Shown: piece after piece, positions 1 through 11,461 of the stretch
Numbering within the stretch: the first letter of the stretch is position 1
Layout: the number at the start of each line of letters is the position of its first letter
Position numbers and translations under genes: made by a program
Assembly: GCA_965248835.1 (NCBI GenBank)
Contig: CBDFLJ010000002.1
Span: forward strand, 288,001 to 352,000
Direction: 5' to 3'
DNA: 64,000 bases
Source: Alphaproteobacteria bacterium
GTDB lineage: Bacteria > Pseudomonadota > Alphaproteobacteria > MPNO01
Notes under the pieces: model-generated
What the model saw: the letters and a program-made list of their open reading frames with translations, nothing else
What the model was told of the DNA's origin: nothing
The model's database searches: none

Positions 1-79
1 GAGTCTGCCATCCGACGGCCTTTCGGATCAGGCCTTTCGGAGTCACAATGGCGGGTGAAACATCCGTGTGAGGCAAGCG

Positions 80-904
80 ATGCCCAAGATCCTGACCGAG
101 GCCCAGATCGATCAGTTCTGGAACGAGGGCTATGTCTTCCCGCTCGATTGCTGGACGCCTGCCCAGGCGGCCGACGCACGCGCGAAGCTGGAGGCCTACG
201 AGCGGACGCTCGACGATGACATCCACAAGCACCTGCGGGTTAAGGTGCATCTGAGCTTCATGTGGCTATGGGATCTGGCCCACAACCCCAAGATCCTCGA
301 CGCCGTGGAGGACCTGATCGGTCCCGACATCCTGCTTTACCTGTCGACCCTGTGGTTCAAGGACGCCCATGACGGTCGTTTCGTCTCCTGGCACCAGGAT
401 TCGGCCTATTATGGGCTCGACCCGCACGACGTGATCACGCTGTGGTTCGCGTTCACCGACTCCAATGCCGGCAACGGCTGCGTCCAGATCATCCCCGGCA
501 GCCACAAGGAGCCGGACTATCAGCACGTCGAGACGTATGCCGCGAAAAACCTGCTGGCGCGCGGCCAGTCGATCAAGGACATCGATGAATCGAAGGCCGT
601 CAAGCTCGAGCTCAATGCCGGCCAATTCTCGATGCATCACGAGCGTCTGATCCACGGCTCGGAGCCCAACGATTCCGACGATCGCCGGCTCGGCATGTCC
701 TTCACCTACCTGCCCACCCGGGTGCGCTGCAACCTGCCCGACCGTACGGCGGTCCTGGTGCGCGGCAAGGACGAGTACGGTCACTGGAAGTACGACCCGG
801 CACCCCGCCACGACCTTGACCCGGTGTGCATGGAGGTCATGCGCTATTGGATCCAGGGCTACGCCGATCCGACCGTCGCCCAGGAGGCGGCCCGAGCGGG
901 ATGA
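80..904 (+). CDS. Phytanoyl-CoA dioxygenase (PhyH) family Fe(II)/2-oxoglutarate oxygenase
   Basis: SWHQDSAYY (HxD), NGCVQIIPGSH and distal RLIHGSEPN-x-RR motifs; ATG at 80 chosen over GTG at 68. Confidence 0.85.
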   Translation: MPKILTEAQIDQFWNEGYVFPLDCWTPAQAADARAKLEAYERTLDDDIHKHLRVKVHLSFMWLWDLAHNPKILDAVEDLIGPDILLYLSTLWFKDAHDGRFVSWHQDSAYYGLDPHDVITLWFAFTDSNAGNGCVQIIPGSHKEPDYQHVETYAAKNLLARGQSIKDIDESKAVKLELNAGQFSMHHERLIHGSEPNDSDDRRLGMSFTYLPTRVRCNLPDRTAVLVRGKDEYGHWKYDPAPRHDLDPVCMEVMRYWIQGYADPTVAQEAARAG

Positions 905-935
905 GCCCACCCGGGCGGCGTGTCCGGAATATACG

Positions 936-1388
936 CTAAGGCAGCCCGTCCAGATCGGCGAGCACCTGGTCGGGGTGGTCGGCCGGCTTCACGCTGTCAT
1001 AGGCGCGTGCGACCTTGCGGTCGGGGCCGATCAGCACTGATTTGCGCGGCGCGCGCGCGGCATCGGACTCCGCAACCCCGTAGGCGACCGTCGCCCAATG
1101 GTCCTGATCGCTCAGCAGGTCATAGGGGAAGCTGAACTTCTCCCGGAACTTGCGGTTGGTTTCGGGCGTGTCGTAGCTGACGCCGAGGATGACGGTGTCG
1201 CGCTTGGCAAAATCCTGGATTCGATCACGGAACCCCTGGCCTTCGCTGGTTCACCCCGGTGTGTCGGCCTTGGGGTACCACCATAGCAGGACATATCTGC
1301 CGGCAAAATCATCGAGCGAGACCGTGGCACCGTCCTGGTTGGTCAGCGAAAAGGCCGGTGCGTCGCTGCCGGCTTCGATCAAGGACAT
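936..1388 (-). CDS. bcp: BCP/PrxQ-type peroxiredoxin with in-frame UGA at the peroxidatic position (probable selenoprotein)
   Basis: Hand translation MSLIEAGSDAPAFSLTNQDGATVSLDDFAGRYVLLWWYPKADTPG*TSEGQGFRD...ILGVSYD...FPYDLLSD...PRKSVLIGPD...DGLP; AAAGGAGG RBS; TGA at 1253-1251 (codon 46); the rest of the frame is open to TAG at 938-936. Absent from the ORF track. Confidence 0.9.
1217..1235 (-). promoter_or_regulatory. Candidate bacterial SECIS hairpin
   Basis: Minus strand GGGUUC-CGUGAUC-GAAUCC, a 6-bp stem with a GU-containing loop starting about 15 nt after the UGA. Confidence 0.6.
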
Positions 1389-1607
1389 CGAACCTCCTTT
1401 GCATCATTGCCGCGGGGGGTGCGGCGGGGGCCGCGCAGCTTAGCCCAAATTCACCGACCCGCCACCTGATCGCCAGCTTGTCGCCAGCCTGGAATGGACG
1501 ACCGGACCGCGATAGGATCGCCCGGCAGCGGGACCGCCGGCTGCGTTCCGGCAAGCTCTTGATGCGCAAGAGTTATCGCCCCACCGACCAAGACCTCCAG
1601 GGATTTG

Positions 1608-2519
1608 ATGCCAGCCCTCGACCCACCTCCGCCGGTCGATCGAATCGACCTGAACATGCGCGACGGCGCGCCGATCGCGGTGCTGCGCTACGGCAACGCC
1701 GCCGGTCCGCGGCTGGTGCTGAGCCACGGCAACGGGTTCTCCACGGACGGCTACTACCCGTTCTGGCGGCTCGCGTTGGCGCGCTATGATGTCGTGCTGT
1801 TCGATATCCGCAATCACGGCCGCAACCTGCCGGCCGCCGGGCGCGATCACGACTACAAGGCGCTCATCGCCGATTTCGAGGAGATCCATCGCGCGGTCGC
1901 CGCGCGCTGGGGCGCCAAGACGACCATCGGGATCTTTCATTCGATGTCGGCCCTGACCGCGCTGCGCTCGGCGGTGAGCGGAACCTGGCATTGGGACGCG
2001 CTGGTGCTGTTCGACCCGCCGGTCATGCCGCCGCCCGGCCATCGCGCGTTCGACGCGATGGACCGGGAGGGCCGCCAGATCTCGGAGATCGCGGCCGGTC
2101 GGGCCGAGCGGTTCGCCGATCCGGCCGACCTGGCCAGGCTCTACGCCCGCCGGTTCCCGGCCTGGGTGCCGGGCGCGGCCGAACTGGTCGCCCGGGCGGT
2201 CCTGCGCCGTGACGAGGCTGCCGGAGACTGGCTGCTGGCCTGCCCGAGGGCGCTGGAGTCGAAGATGTATCTGGCCAACCGGACGTTGGACATGTGGCCG
2301 CGGGCCGGCGATCTCGCGCGGCCCGCCATCCTGATCTGCGCCGACCCGGAGGCCGATGGCGCCGAGGCGGTGGCGATGTCCTGCGCCGCGCTGCACCAGG
2401 ACGGCGGCATGCGCTATGCGACCATCCCGGGCACCGGCCATTTCCTCCAACTCGAACGTCCGGAGGAATGCTACCGCATCATCCGCAGTTTCCTGGTCGA
2501 GACGGGTCTCGAGACGTGA
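1608..2519 (+). CDS. Alpha/beta hydrolase
   Basis: SHGNGF oxyanion loop, DIRNHG, GIFHSMSA elbow, GTGHFLQLE catalytic His. Confidence 0.85.
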   Translation: MPALDPPPPVDRIDLNMRDGAPIAVLRYGNAAGPRLVLSHGNGFSTDGYYPFWRLALARYDVVLFDIRNHGRNLPAAGRDHDYKALIADFEEIHRAVAARWGAKTTIGIFHSMSALTALRSAVSGTWHWDALVLFDPPVMPPPGHRAFDAMDREGRQISEIAAGRAERFADPADLARLYARRFPAWVPGAAELVARAVLRRDEAAGDWLLACPRALESKMYLANRTLDMWPRAGDLARPAILICADPEADGAEAVAMSCAALHQDGGMRYATIPGTGHFLQLERPEECYRIIRSFLVETGLET

Positions 2520-3442
2520 CCGCCGCGCGGGTCTTTACCGTCCCCGCGCCGCGCCAGCGCCACGATGCGGTCATGGAGGACGGCGCGGTCATCACCTTGC
2601 GGCGCCACGGCAACCCGGACGGGCCGCGGCTGATGCTCGCCCACGGCAACGGGTTCGCAATCGATGCCTATTACCCGTTCTGGCGCCTCCTTGCGGGCGG
2701 CTGGGATCTGGTGATCTACGACCAGCGGAACCACGGCTGGAACCCGCTCCATGACGCCGCCCGGCACGACCTGAAGCGCTTCGTCGCAGACCTCGACCGG
2801 CTGCGCACGGTCGTCGACGACCGGTTCGGCGCCAAGCCGACCGTCGGGGTCTTCCATTCGATCTCCGCGATCACCGCGATCTGGCACGCGCTGGACTGCG
2901 GCTGGCGGTGGAACGGTCTGGCGCTGTTCGATCCGCCGCTGATCCCGAGCCCCGGACATCCCCTGCACGAGGACGCAAGAGGGTTCGAACTCGGCCTGGC
3001 CCAATGGGCGGCGAGCCGTCCGGACCGGTTCGTCGATGTCGCGAGCCTCGCCGCGCGGTTCGCGGCATCCAGGAGCCTGTCCGGCTGGGTGAGGGGCGCT
3101 CACGAGCTGATGGCGCGCGCGATCACCCGCGAGGACCCGGCGACGGGCGAGCGTGTGCTGTGCTGCCCGCGCGAGGGCGAATCCCGGGTCTATGCGACCA
3201 ATGCCGGGCTCGATCTGTGCCCGCGCCTGGGCGGACTCGCCGGCCCGGTCATGCTGATCGGCAGCGACCCCGAGGCGCCCCGCGCCCTGGCTCCGGGCCG
3301 GGTCAACCGCGCGATGCATGCCGAGCACGGGCTCGACTGGACGCCGATCGCCGGTACCTCGCACATGCTCCAGGTCGAACGCCCAGAGGCGTGCGCGGAT
3401 GCGCTGAAGGCCTTCCTCGAGCGGCTGGGCCTCGGCCGCTGA
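2516..3442 (+). CDS. Alpha/beta hydrolase (tandem paralog)
   Basis: GTG overlaps the upstream TGA (GTGA); AHGNGF, DQRNHG, GVFHSISA, GTSHMLQVE. Confidence 0.85.
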   Translation: MTAARVFTVPAPRQRHDAVMEDGAVITLRRHGNPDGPRLMLAHGNGFAIDAYYPFWRLLAGGWDLVIYDQRNHGWNPLHDAARHDLKRFVADLDRLRTVVDDRFGAKPTVGVFHSISAITAIWHALDCGWRWNGLALFDPPLIPSPGHPLHEDARGFELGLAQWAASRPDRFVDVASLAARFAASRSLSGWVRGAHELMARAITREDPATGERVLCCPREGESRVYATNAGLDLCPRLGGLAGPVMLIGSDPEAPRALAPGRVNRAMHAEHGLDWTPIAGTSHMLQVERPEACADALKAFLERLGLGR

Positions 3443-3502
3443 TCGCCTCGTCCTCGACCGGAAGTGCCCGTTGCGACAGGTCCGAGGCGGGCCGCGGCCG
3501 CG

Positions 3503-4045
3503 TCAGGACGCGCGCTGTGGTCCCATCCGGTTGATCGCGCCGGTCTCCACGTTGAAGGCGATCCGGCCAATCTCGTCGAGGTTGGTGCCGGTGACCCGGA
3601 TGAACCGCGCGTTCTCGGGGTAGTCGATCGAATGGATCTTGCCGTCGGCGTAGATGCCGGCCTTGCCGGGGGTAAGGCGGTAGGACGTTTCGGGACGGAC
3701 CTCGCCCCTGCCGGGATCGGTTCCGTCGTCGATACGCTCCCACTCGATCATGTCGGTGTAGCCCGCCGCCTGGCCGTAAATCGCCCAGGACGCTCCGTGA
3801 TCGTGCGGCGGCGATGTGCGGGCCTGGGCATTGATATGTGCCAGCACCTGAAAGCCGAGCTCGGGATCGTCGTAGAGGACGTGGACGCCGCGCTCGGTGT
3901 CGGGGCCGCAATAAGCCTCGATGAAGGCGGGCTCGGACAGCAGCCGTTCGAGGTCGTGCCGAACCCGATCGCGCCCGTCCGGACCCGGATCGGCCTTGAG
4001 ATGATTTTGGCTATCGGTGCAGAACTGTTCCAGCGTGTAGGCCAT
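3503..4045 (-). CDS. Cupin, cysteine/thiol dioxygenase-like protein
   Basis: SPPHDHGASWAIYG...IHSI cupin metal motif; start at MAYTLEQFC. Confidence 0.7.
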   Translation of the reverse strand: MAYTLEQFCTDSQNHLKADPGPDGRDRVRHDLERLLSEPAFIEAYCGPDTERGVHVLYDDPELGFQVLAHINAQARTSPPHDHGASWAIYGQAAGYTDMIEWERIDDGTDPGRGEVRPETSYRLTPGKAGIYADGKIHSIDYPENARFIRVTGTNLDEIGRIAFNVETGAINRMGPQRAS

Positions 4046-4140
4046 GTCGAATTTCCTGTGACCTGGAATTGGGTGGCACTGATATCTTTGCACAGCCATC
4101 CCGGCTGCGCCACTGCCGCCGACCCTGCCGAGGCGTCGCC

Positions 4141-5399
4141 ATGACCCGAGCCAAGCCCCGCGCGATCGTCGCCTGGTGCCTCTACGACTGGGCGAACTCG
4201 GGCTTTCCGACGGTCATTGTCACGTTTGTGTTCTCGGCCTATTTCGCGCGCGCCGTCGCGGCCGATATGACATCGGGGACTGCGCTGTGGGGCTACGCGC
4301 TGGCAGTCTCGGGTATCCTGATCGCAATTGCGAGCCCTGCCTTCGGAGCAATCGCCGATCAGGCCGGGCGCCGCAAGCCCTGGCTGGCTGGGTTCTCGGC
4401 GATCACTATCGGTGCAAGCGCGCTGTTGTGGTTTGCCGGTCCCGATCCCGCCTTCATCGTCTGGGCGCTGACGTGCTTCGTTCTGGCCAACGCGGCCTTC
4501 GAGATCGCCGGTGTGTTCTACAACGCCATGCTGGCCGATATCGCGCCGCCGGACCGGATCGGGCGGGTGTCGGGCTGGGGCTGGGGGCTGGGCTATGCCG
4601 GCGGGCTGGTCTGCCTGGCTGCCGTCCTGGTCCTGTTCGTCCAGGCCGAACGGCCGCTCTTCGGGCTCGACAAGGACGCCGCCGAGCACGTCCGGGTGGT
4701 CGGGCCGATGGTCGCGCTGTGGTTCGCGGTCTTCGCGCTGCCGCTGTTCCTCCTGACGCCGGATCGCCCGGCCAAGCCGATCGGCCTCGCACGCGCCGCG
4801 CGCCAGGGAATTCGGACGCTGATCGAGACGTTGCGGGCGGTGCGCGCGCACCGCAACATCGCCCGTTTCCTCGCCGCCCGGCTGTTCTACGTCGATGGCA
4901 TGAACACGATGTTCGCCTTCGGCGGCATCTATGCCGCGGGCACCTTCGGCATGTCGATCGAGGAGATCATCCAGTTCGGCATCGCGCTCAACGTCACCGC
5001 CGGGCTGGGGGCGGCAGCCTTCGCCTGGATCGACGACCTGATCGGGCCCAAGCGCACCATACAGATCGCCTTGATCGGGCTGATGGCGCTGGGGGTCCCG
5101 TTGCTCCTGGTGGAGTCCAAGACCGCGTTCTGGATCCTCGCCCTGCCGCTGGGGATCTTCATGGGCCCGGCGCAGGCGGCCAGCCGATCGATGATGGCGC
5201 ACCTGGCCCCGGCCGAGCTCCGGACCGAAATGTTCGGCCTGTTCGCCTTCTCCGGCAAGATCACAGCCTTTCTCGGCCCCGCTGTGCTCGCCTGGGTGAC
5301 GCTCGCCCTGGAGTCCCAGCGTGCCGGCATGGCGAGTATCATCGTCTTCCTCGCCGGCGGTTTCATCATCCTGTGGGGGGTGCGCCCGCCGACCCGCGC

Positions 5400-5406
<7 letters not shown>
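4141..5406 (+). CDS. MFS transporter (UMF1/Atg22 family)
   Basis: [36 protein letters not shown]; about 12 hydrophobic segments. Confidence 0.88.
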
Positions 5407-6992
<1,586 letters not shown>

Positions 6993-7099
6993 GGTCGATC
7001 CCTCACGATTGCGACGTCATAAAAGCTCCGATCTGCCGTCATGTGACGGTTTCGCCCGCACGGCGGTCCTGGCGCAAGTTCCGAACACGCCCGACCGGT

Positions 7100-8059
7100 T
7101 CAATCGAACGGGTAGACGCCGGGTTCGGGGACTGCATTGTCCTCGATCCCGTCGATCGCGGCGTGGGCCAGAGCAAGCCTCGCCTCGATCGCGCTGCCGG
7201 CGATGTGCGGCGTGGCGATGAAGTTCGCCAGGCCGAAAAGGGTCGGCTCGAACCTCGGCTCGACCGCGAAGACATCGAAGGCCGCGCCCGCGATCCGGCC
7301 CGACTCGAGCCCGGCCAGGAGAGCAGCCTCATCGACAATGCCGCCGCGTGCGGTGTTGATCAGCAGCACGCCCGGCCGCAGCCGTTCCACGACCGAGCGC
7401 TCGTAGAGCCCCTTGGTGGTGGAATTGAGCGGCAGATGGAGGCTCAGGATCTCCGCCTCCCGCCACAGGGTTGAGGGGTCGACCTGGGTGAGGTTGTTGC
7501 GCCGCAAATAGGAGCCCAGATCCACCCTGTCGCAGACCAGGACCCGGGCGCCGAAGGGCTGCAGCAGCGATACCAGCTCTTGGCCGATATTGCCGCAGCC
7601 ATGGATGCCGACGGTGCGGCCCTGCAGCAGCCGGCCGGTCCGCTGGCTCGGCCAGTCGCCGCCGCGCAGCGCGATGTTGTAGGCATTCGTGCCGCGCAAC
7701 AGGTCGATCATCAACCCGAGCGTCAGCTCGGCGACCGAGCGCTTGTTGACGCCGGCCCGCCAGCCCAGCCGGATTCCGTGGCGGGCCAGCACATCCGGCT
7801 CGATATGATCGACGCCCACCGAGCAGCAGCTTATCACCCGAAGGTCCGGCAGGCGCCCCACCACCTCCTCGGAGAAGCGCTCCAGCCCGATCACCGCGGC
7901 CTCGGCGTCGGCGACGAAATCCACCAGCCGATCCGCGTCCTCGAAGACGATCTCATCGTCGTTGAAACGGATCTCGGCGTCGGGGTAGCGCGCGATCAGC
8001 GACCGGCGCGCTTCGGCCAGCTTCGGCAGCGACCGGTTGGTGACCGCGATCCTGCGCAT
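7100..8059 (-). CDS. D-isomer-specific 2-hydroxyacid dehydrogenase (phosphoglycerate dehydrogenase-like)
   Basis: GIHGCGNIG, LHLPL, INTARGGIVDE, DVFAVEP, TPHIAG; start at MRRIAVTN. Confidence 0.88.
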   Translation of the reverse strand: MRRIAVTNRSLPKLAEARRSLIARYPDAEIRFNDDEIVFEDADRLVDFVADAEAAVIGLERFSEEVVGRLPDLRVISCCSVGVDHIEPDVLARHGIRLGWRAGVNKRSVAELTLGLMIDLLRGTNAYNIALRGGDWPSQRTGRLLQGRTVGIHGCGNIGQELVSLLQPFGARVLVCDRVDLGSYLRRNNLTQVDPSTLWREAEILSLHLPLNSTTKGLYERSVVERLRPGVLLINTARGGIVDEAALLAGLESGRIAGAAFDVFAVEPRFEPTLFGLANFIATPHIAGSAIEARLALAHAAIDGIEDNAVPEPGVYPFD

Positions 8060-8093
8060 GATTCCGTCGGGGTTGTGGGCGTCTGGCGCCGCT

Positions 8094-8594
8094 CTAGACG
8101 GGCTGCCCGCGCGCGTCAAGCAGACGTTCGGCAAACTCGCGCACCGCACCCTCGCCGCCGCGTCGCGCAGTGACGATCCGGGCGGCGGCCCGTACCGCGG
8201 GCACCGCGTCCCGGACTGCGGCAGGCAGCGCCACGCGGGCCAGGACCGGCAGGTCATTGAGGTCATCGCCCATGTGGGAGACGGCATCGAGTCCGATGCC
8301 GAGCCCGCCGCACAGTTCTTCAAGCGCTGCCAACTTATCCGCCACGCCGGTCAGGCAGTGGCCAACGCCCAGATCCCCGGCCCGCCGGTCAATCGCCGCA
8401 GTCTTGCTGCCGGAGATGAAAGCGACCGCGATCCCGGCGCCCATCAGCATCTTGATGCCGACCCCGTCGCGGACGTGAAAGGCCCGGAGCTGGCCGCCGT
8501 CCTCGCCGTAGTAGAGCCGTCCGTCGGTCATCACGCCGTCGCAATCGAGGCTCACCAGACGGATCGAGCGGGCGATGGCGCGCAGATCCTCCAT
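8094..8594 (-). CDS. kdsC: KDO 8-phosphate phosphatase (HAD family)
   Basis: LDCDGVMTDG, FHVRDGVGI, MGDDLND, GGEGAVRE. Confidence 0.9.
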   Translation of the reverse strand: MEDLRAIARSIRLVSLDCDGVMTDGRLYYGEDGGQLRAFHVRDGVGIKMLMGAGIAVAFISGSKTAAIDRRAGDLGVGHCLTGVADKLAALEELCGGLGIGLDAVSHMGDDLNDLPVLARVALPAAVRDAVPAVRAAARIVTARRGGEGAVREFAERLLDARGQPV

Positions 8595-8598
8595 CGCT

Positions 8599-9348
8599 TC
8601 AGCCGGCCGCGCCCGCAGCCAGCGCCGCCTCGACCCGGGCGATGTCTTCGAGGACATCCACCCCGATCGAGCCCGGCGGGACGGGAATGCAGGCGATCCG
8701 CTCGCCGTGCTCGAGCACCCGGATCAGCTCGACGCTCTCGGCCCGCTCGACCGGCCCGCGCTCCCACGCCTGGAAGCGGGCCAACGCCGCGGCGGTGAAG
8801 GCGAAGATCCCGACATGGATCGGATGCGGCGCGGATGCGGCATGCTCGACCGGGACGGCCAGGCGGGTGAACGCCATCACGCAGCCGTCGAGGCTCGGCA
8901 CCAGATGCACCACAGACCGCGCGCGTTGCTGCTCGGGCGTTGAATCCTCGAGGTAGCAGGTCGAAACGCCGATACCGTCGCTCCTGACCCGCTCGAGCGC
9001 CCGGACGACCTTGTCTATGCTCGCCGGATCGATCAGAGGCTCATCGCCCTGCACGTTGACATAGATGCCGGCCTTGCGTCGGCTCGCGACCTCACCCAGT
9101 CGATCGGTGCCGGTCGCGTGCGTGTTCGCGGTCATCTCGAAATCGATGCCGTGATCGCGGCAGACCGCTGCGATCCGCTCGTCGTCGGTTGCAACGATCG
9201 CCCTGTCGACGCGCTCGGCTTTCTCGGCCCGGCGCCAGACCCGGACGACCATCGGGACGCCGGCGATCGGCGTCAGCGGCTTGCCCGGGAACCGGGTCGA
9301 GGCGTAGCGCGCGGGAATGACGGCGAGGACCGGGATCGGTTCGGGCAC
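8599..9348 (-). CDS. kdsB: CMP-KDO synthetase (cytidylyltransferase)
   Basis: VIPARYASTRFPGKPL, ATDDERI, TGTDR, VNVQGDEPL. Confidence 0.9.
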   Translation of the reverse strand: MPEPIPVLAVIPARYASTRFPGKPLTPIAGVPMVVRVWRRAEKAERVDRAIVATDDERIAAVCRDHGIDFEMTANTHATGTDRLGEVASRRKAGIYVNVQGDEPLIDPASIDKVVRALERVRSDGIGVSTCYLEDSTPEQQRARSVVHLVPSLDGCVMAFTRLAVPVEHAASAPHPIHVGIFAFTAAALARFQAWERGPVERAESVELIRVLEHGERIACIPVPPGSIGVDVLEDIARVEAALAAGAAG

Positions 9349-9436
9349 GGGCAGGTCTCTCCAGGCGGCGCGATCCTAGATGATCGTCCATCGCCGGTAT
9401 AGATTGCCCGCAATCGTCGAACGGGAGCCGCCCAAA

Positions 9437-10168
9437 GTGAGCCGGACCGCAACCAGGCCGGTCGAGACCGTGGTCTTCGACCTCGACGGCACGCTGGTCC
9501 ACAGCCTGCCGGACATCCATGTCGCGGTGAACGCCGCCCTGGTCGAGGCGGGGCGGCGGACCCTTGTGGAGTCGGAAACGCGCACGATGATCGGATGCGG
9601 TGCGCGTGCGCTGATCGCCGATGCGCTCGATGCGACCGGCCGCGCCGGCACCGAGCCGGAGGTCGATGCCTGCTTCGCCCGGTTCATTGCGGCCTACGAG
9701 GCGAGCCCGGCCGCCTACAGCCGGCCCTATGACGGCGTGCTCGCCTGCCTTGAGGGCTTTGCGGCGCGCGGCCTGAACCTTGCGGTCTGCACCAACAAGC
9801 CCGAAGTGCTGACCCATCGGATTCTCGCCAGGCTCGGCCTTGCCCGGTTCTTCGCCGGCGTGGTTGCCGGCGACACGCTGGCGGCCAGGAAACCCGATGC
9901 GGCGCCGGTCTTCGAGGCTGTGGCGCGCGCCGGCGGACGGGCCGAGTCCGCGGTCCTGGTCGGTGACAGTGCAACCGACGAGGCTGCGGCGAGAGCCGCG
10001 GGCCTGCCGTTCATCGCGGTCAGTTTCGGCTACAGTCGGGTGCCTGCGGCAAGCCTCGGCGCCGATGTCCTGATCGACCGGTTCGACGCGCTGCCTGCCG
10101 CGATCGACCGGCTCGCCGGTTTCGCTCGCCCACTCGCTGCCGAGGACGTTCGGAGTTTCGATGCCTGA
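9437..10168 (+). CDS. gph: Phosphoglycolate phosphatase (HAD)
   Basis: FDLDGTLVHS, VCTNKP, GDTLAARKPD, VGDS; start uncertain. Confidence 0.85.
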   Translation: MSRTATRPVETVVFDLDGTLVHSLPDIHVAVNAALVEAGRRTLVESETRTMIGCGARALIADALDATGRAGTEPEVDACFARFIAAYEASPAAYSRPYDGVLACLEGFAARGLNLAVCTNKPEVLTHRILARLGLARFFAGVVAGDTLAARKPDAAPVFEAVARAGGRAESAVLVGDSATDEAAARAAGLPFIAVSFGYSRVPAASLGADVLIDRFDALPAAIDRLAGFARPLAAEDVRSFDA

Positions 10169-11444
10169 CACTCCCAAGATCGCGGTCATAGGACTCGGCT
10201 ATGTCGGCCTGCCGTTGGCTGTCGCGCTTGCGCAGCACTATCCGGTTTGCGGATTCGACATTGATGCCGGCCGGATTGCCGAGTTGCAAAAATGCAAGGA
10301 CCGGACGAACGAGGTCGACCCGCCGGCGCTGCGCCGGAGCACCGCGCGGTTCACCGCGGCCGCCGAAGACCTAAGGGGCCACGATGTCTATATCGTCACC
10401 GTCCCGACCCCGGTGGATGCGCACAAGGCCCCGGACCTGAGCGCGGTGCGCGCGGCCAGCCGCATGGTCGGCAAGGCGATCTCCAAGGGAGCGATCGTGG
10501 TCTTCGAGAGCACCGTCTATCCGGGGGTGACCGAGGACATCTGCGGCCCCGAGATCGAGGCCGCCTCAGGCCTGACATGCGGCAGGGATTTCTACCTTGG
10601 CTACTCGCCCGAACGCATCAATCCGGGCGACAGGGAACACACCGTCGATCGCATTACCAAGGTGGTGGCCGGCCAGAACGACCATGTCACCAGGGTCCTG
10701 TCGGAAATCTACGCCAGCATGACCACCGGCGGCGTGTTCCTAGCCCCCGACATCCGCACCGCCGAGGCGGCCAAGGTGATCGAGAACGCTCAGCGCGACA
10801 TCAACATCGCCTTCATCAACGAGGTCGCGACGATCTTCCAGAAGATGGGGATCTCGATGCACGACGTGCTGGAGGCGGCTGGGACCAAGTGGAACTTCCT
10901 CGACTTTTCCCCGGGGCTGGTCGGCGGGCACTGCATCGGGGTCGATCCGTTCTATCTGGCCCACGCGGCGGTCTCGATCGGGCACCACCCGGAGATCATC
11001 CTGGCCGGCCGGCGGATCAACGACTCGATGGGCGGCTACGTGGCCGAATGCATCGCCCGCGAGCTGGCCCGGACCGGCCGGGGCGCGGGCGCCCGGGTCC
11101 TGGTGCTAGGGCTCACGTTCAAGGAGAACGTCCCGGACCTGCGCAACTCGCGGGTGATCGACATCATCTCGGCGCTGCGCGAGCGCGGCTTCGTCGTCGA
11201 TGTTCACGACGCCCATGCCGATGCCGGCGAGGCCGAGGCCCATTACGGCGTGCGGCTCAAGGCGCGCCTCGACCGGGGTGACCTCTATGACTGCGTGATC
11301 GGCGCGGTCGCGCACGAGGCCTATGCAAAATTCACCCCGGAGACCTTCCAGGACCTGCTCGGGCCGGACGGCGTGGTCGCCGACATCAAGGGCATGTGGC
11401 GCAAGATCAAGCTGCCCGACAGCTACCGCCGCTGGCAGCTTTAG
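10161..11444 (+). CDS. UDP-N-acetylhexosamine dehydrogenase (TviB/WbpO-like nucleotide sugar dehydrogenase)
   Basis: GLGYVGLP, ESTVYPG, YSPERINPGD, AKVIENAQRD, GGHCIGVDP, FKENVPDLRNS. Confidence 0.92.
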   Translation: MPDTPKIAVIGLGYVGLPLAVALAQHYPVCGFDIDAGRIAELQKCKDRTNEVDPPALRRSTARFTAAAEDLRGHDVYIVTVPTPVDAHKAPDLSAVRAASRMVGKAISKGAIVVFESTVYPGVTEDICGPEIEAASGLTCGRDFYLGYSPERINPGDREHTVDRITKVVAGQNDHVTRVLSEIYASMTTGGVFLAPDIRTAEAAKVIENAQRDINIAFINEVATIFQKMGISMHDVLEAAGTKWNFLDFSPGLVGGHCIGVDPFYLAHAAVSIGHHPEIILAGRRINDSMGGYVAECIARELARTGRGAGARVLVLGLTFKENVPDLRNSRVIDIISALRERGFVVDVHDAHADAGEAEAHYGVRLKARLDRGDLYDCVIGAVAHEAYAKFTPETFQDLLGPDGVVADIKGMWRKIKLPDSYRRWQL

Positions 11445-11461
11445 CGCATGTTCCAATCCCC

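Noticed and set aside
17-41. 11-bp direct repeat GGCCTTTCGGA x2
   Set aside because: Only two copies at the window edge; not enough support for an operator or array
80-904. PhyH proteins (this one and 29880-30713) as halogenases
   Set aside because: Both keep the HxD carboxylate (HQD); halogenases have HxA or HxG
6993-7099. ZTP riboswitch upstream of purH
   Set aside because: I could not find the conserved ZTP aptamer motifs on the minus strand
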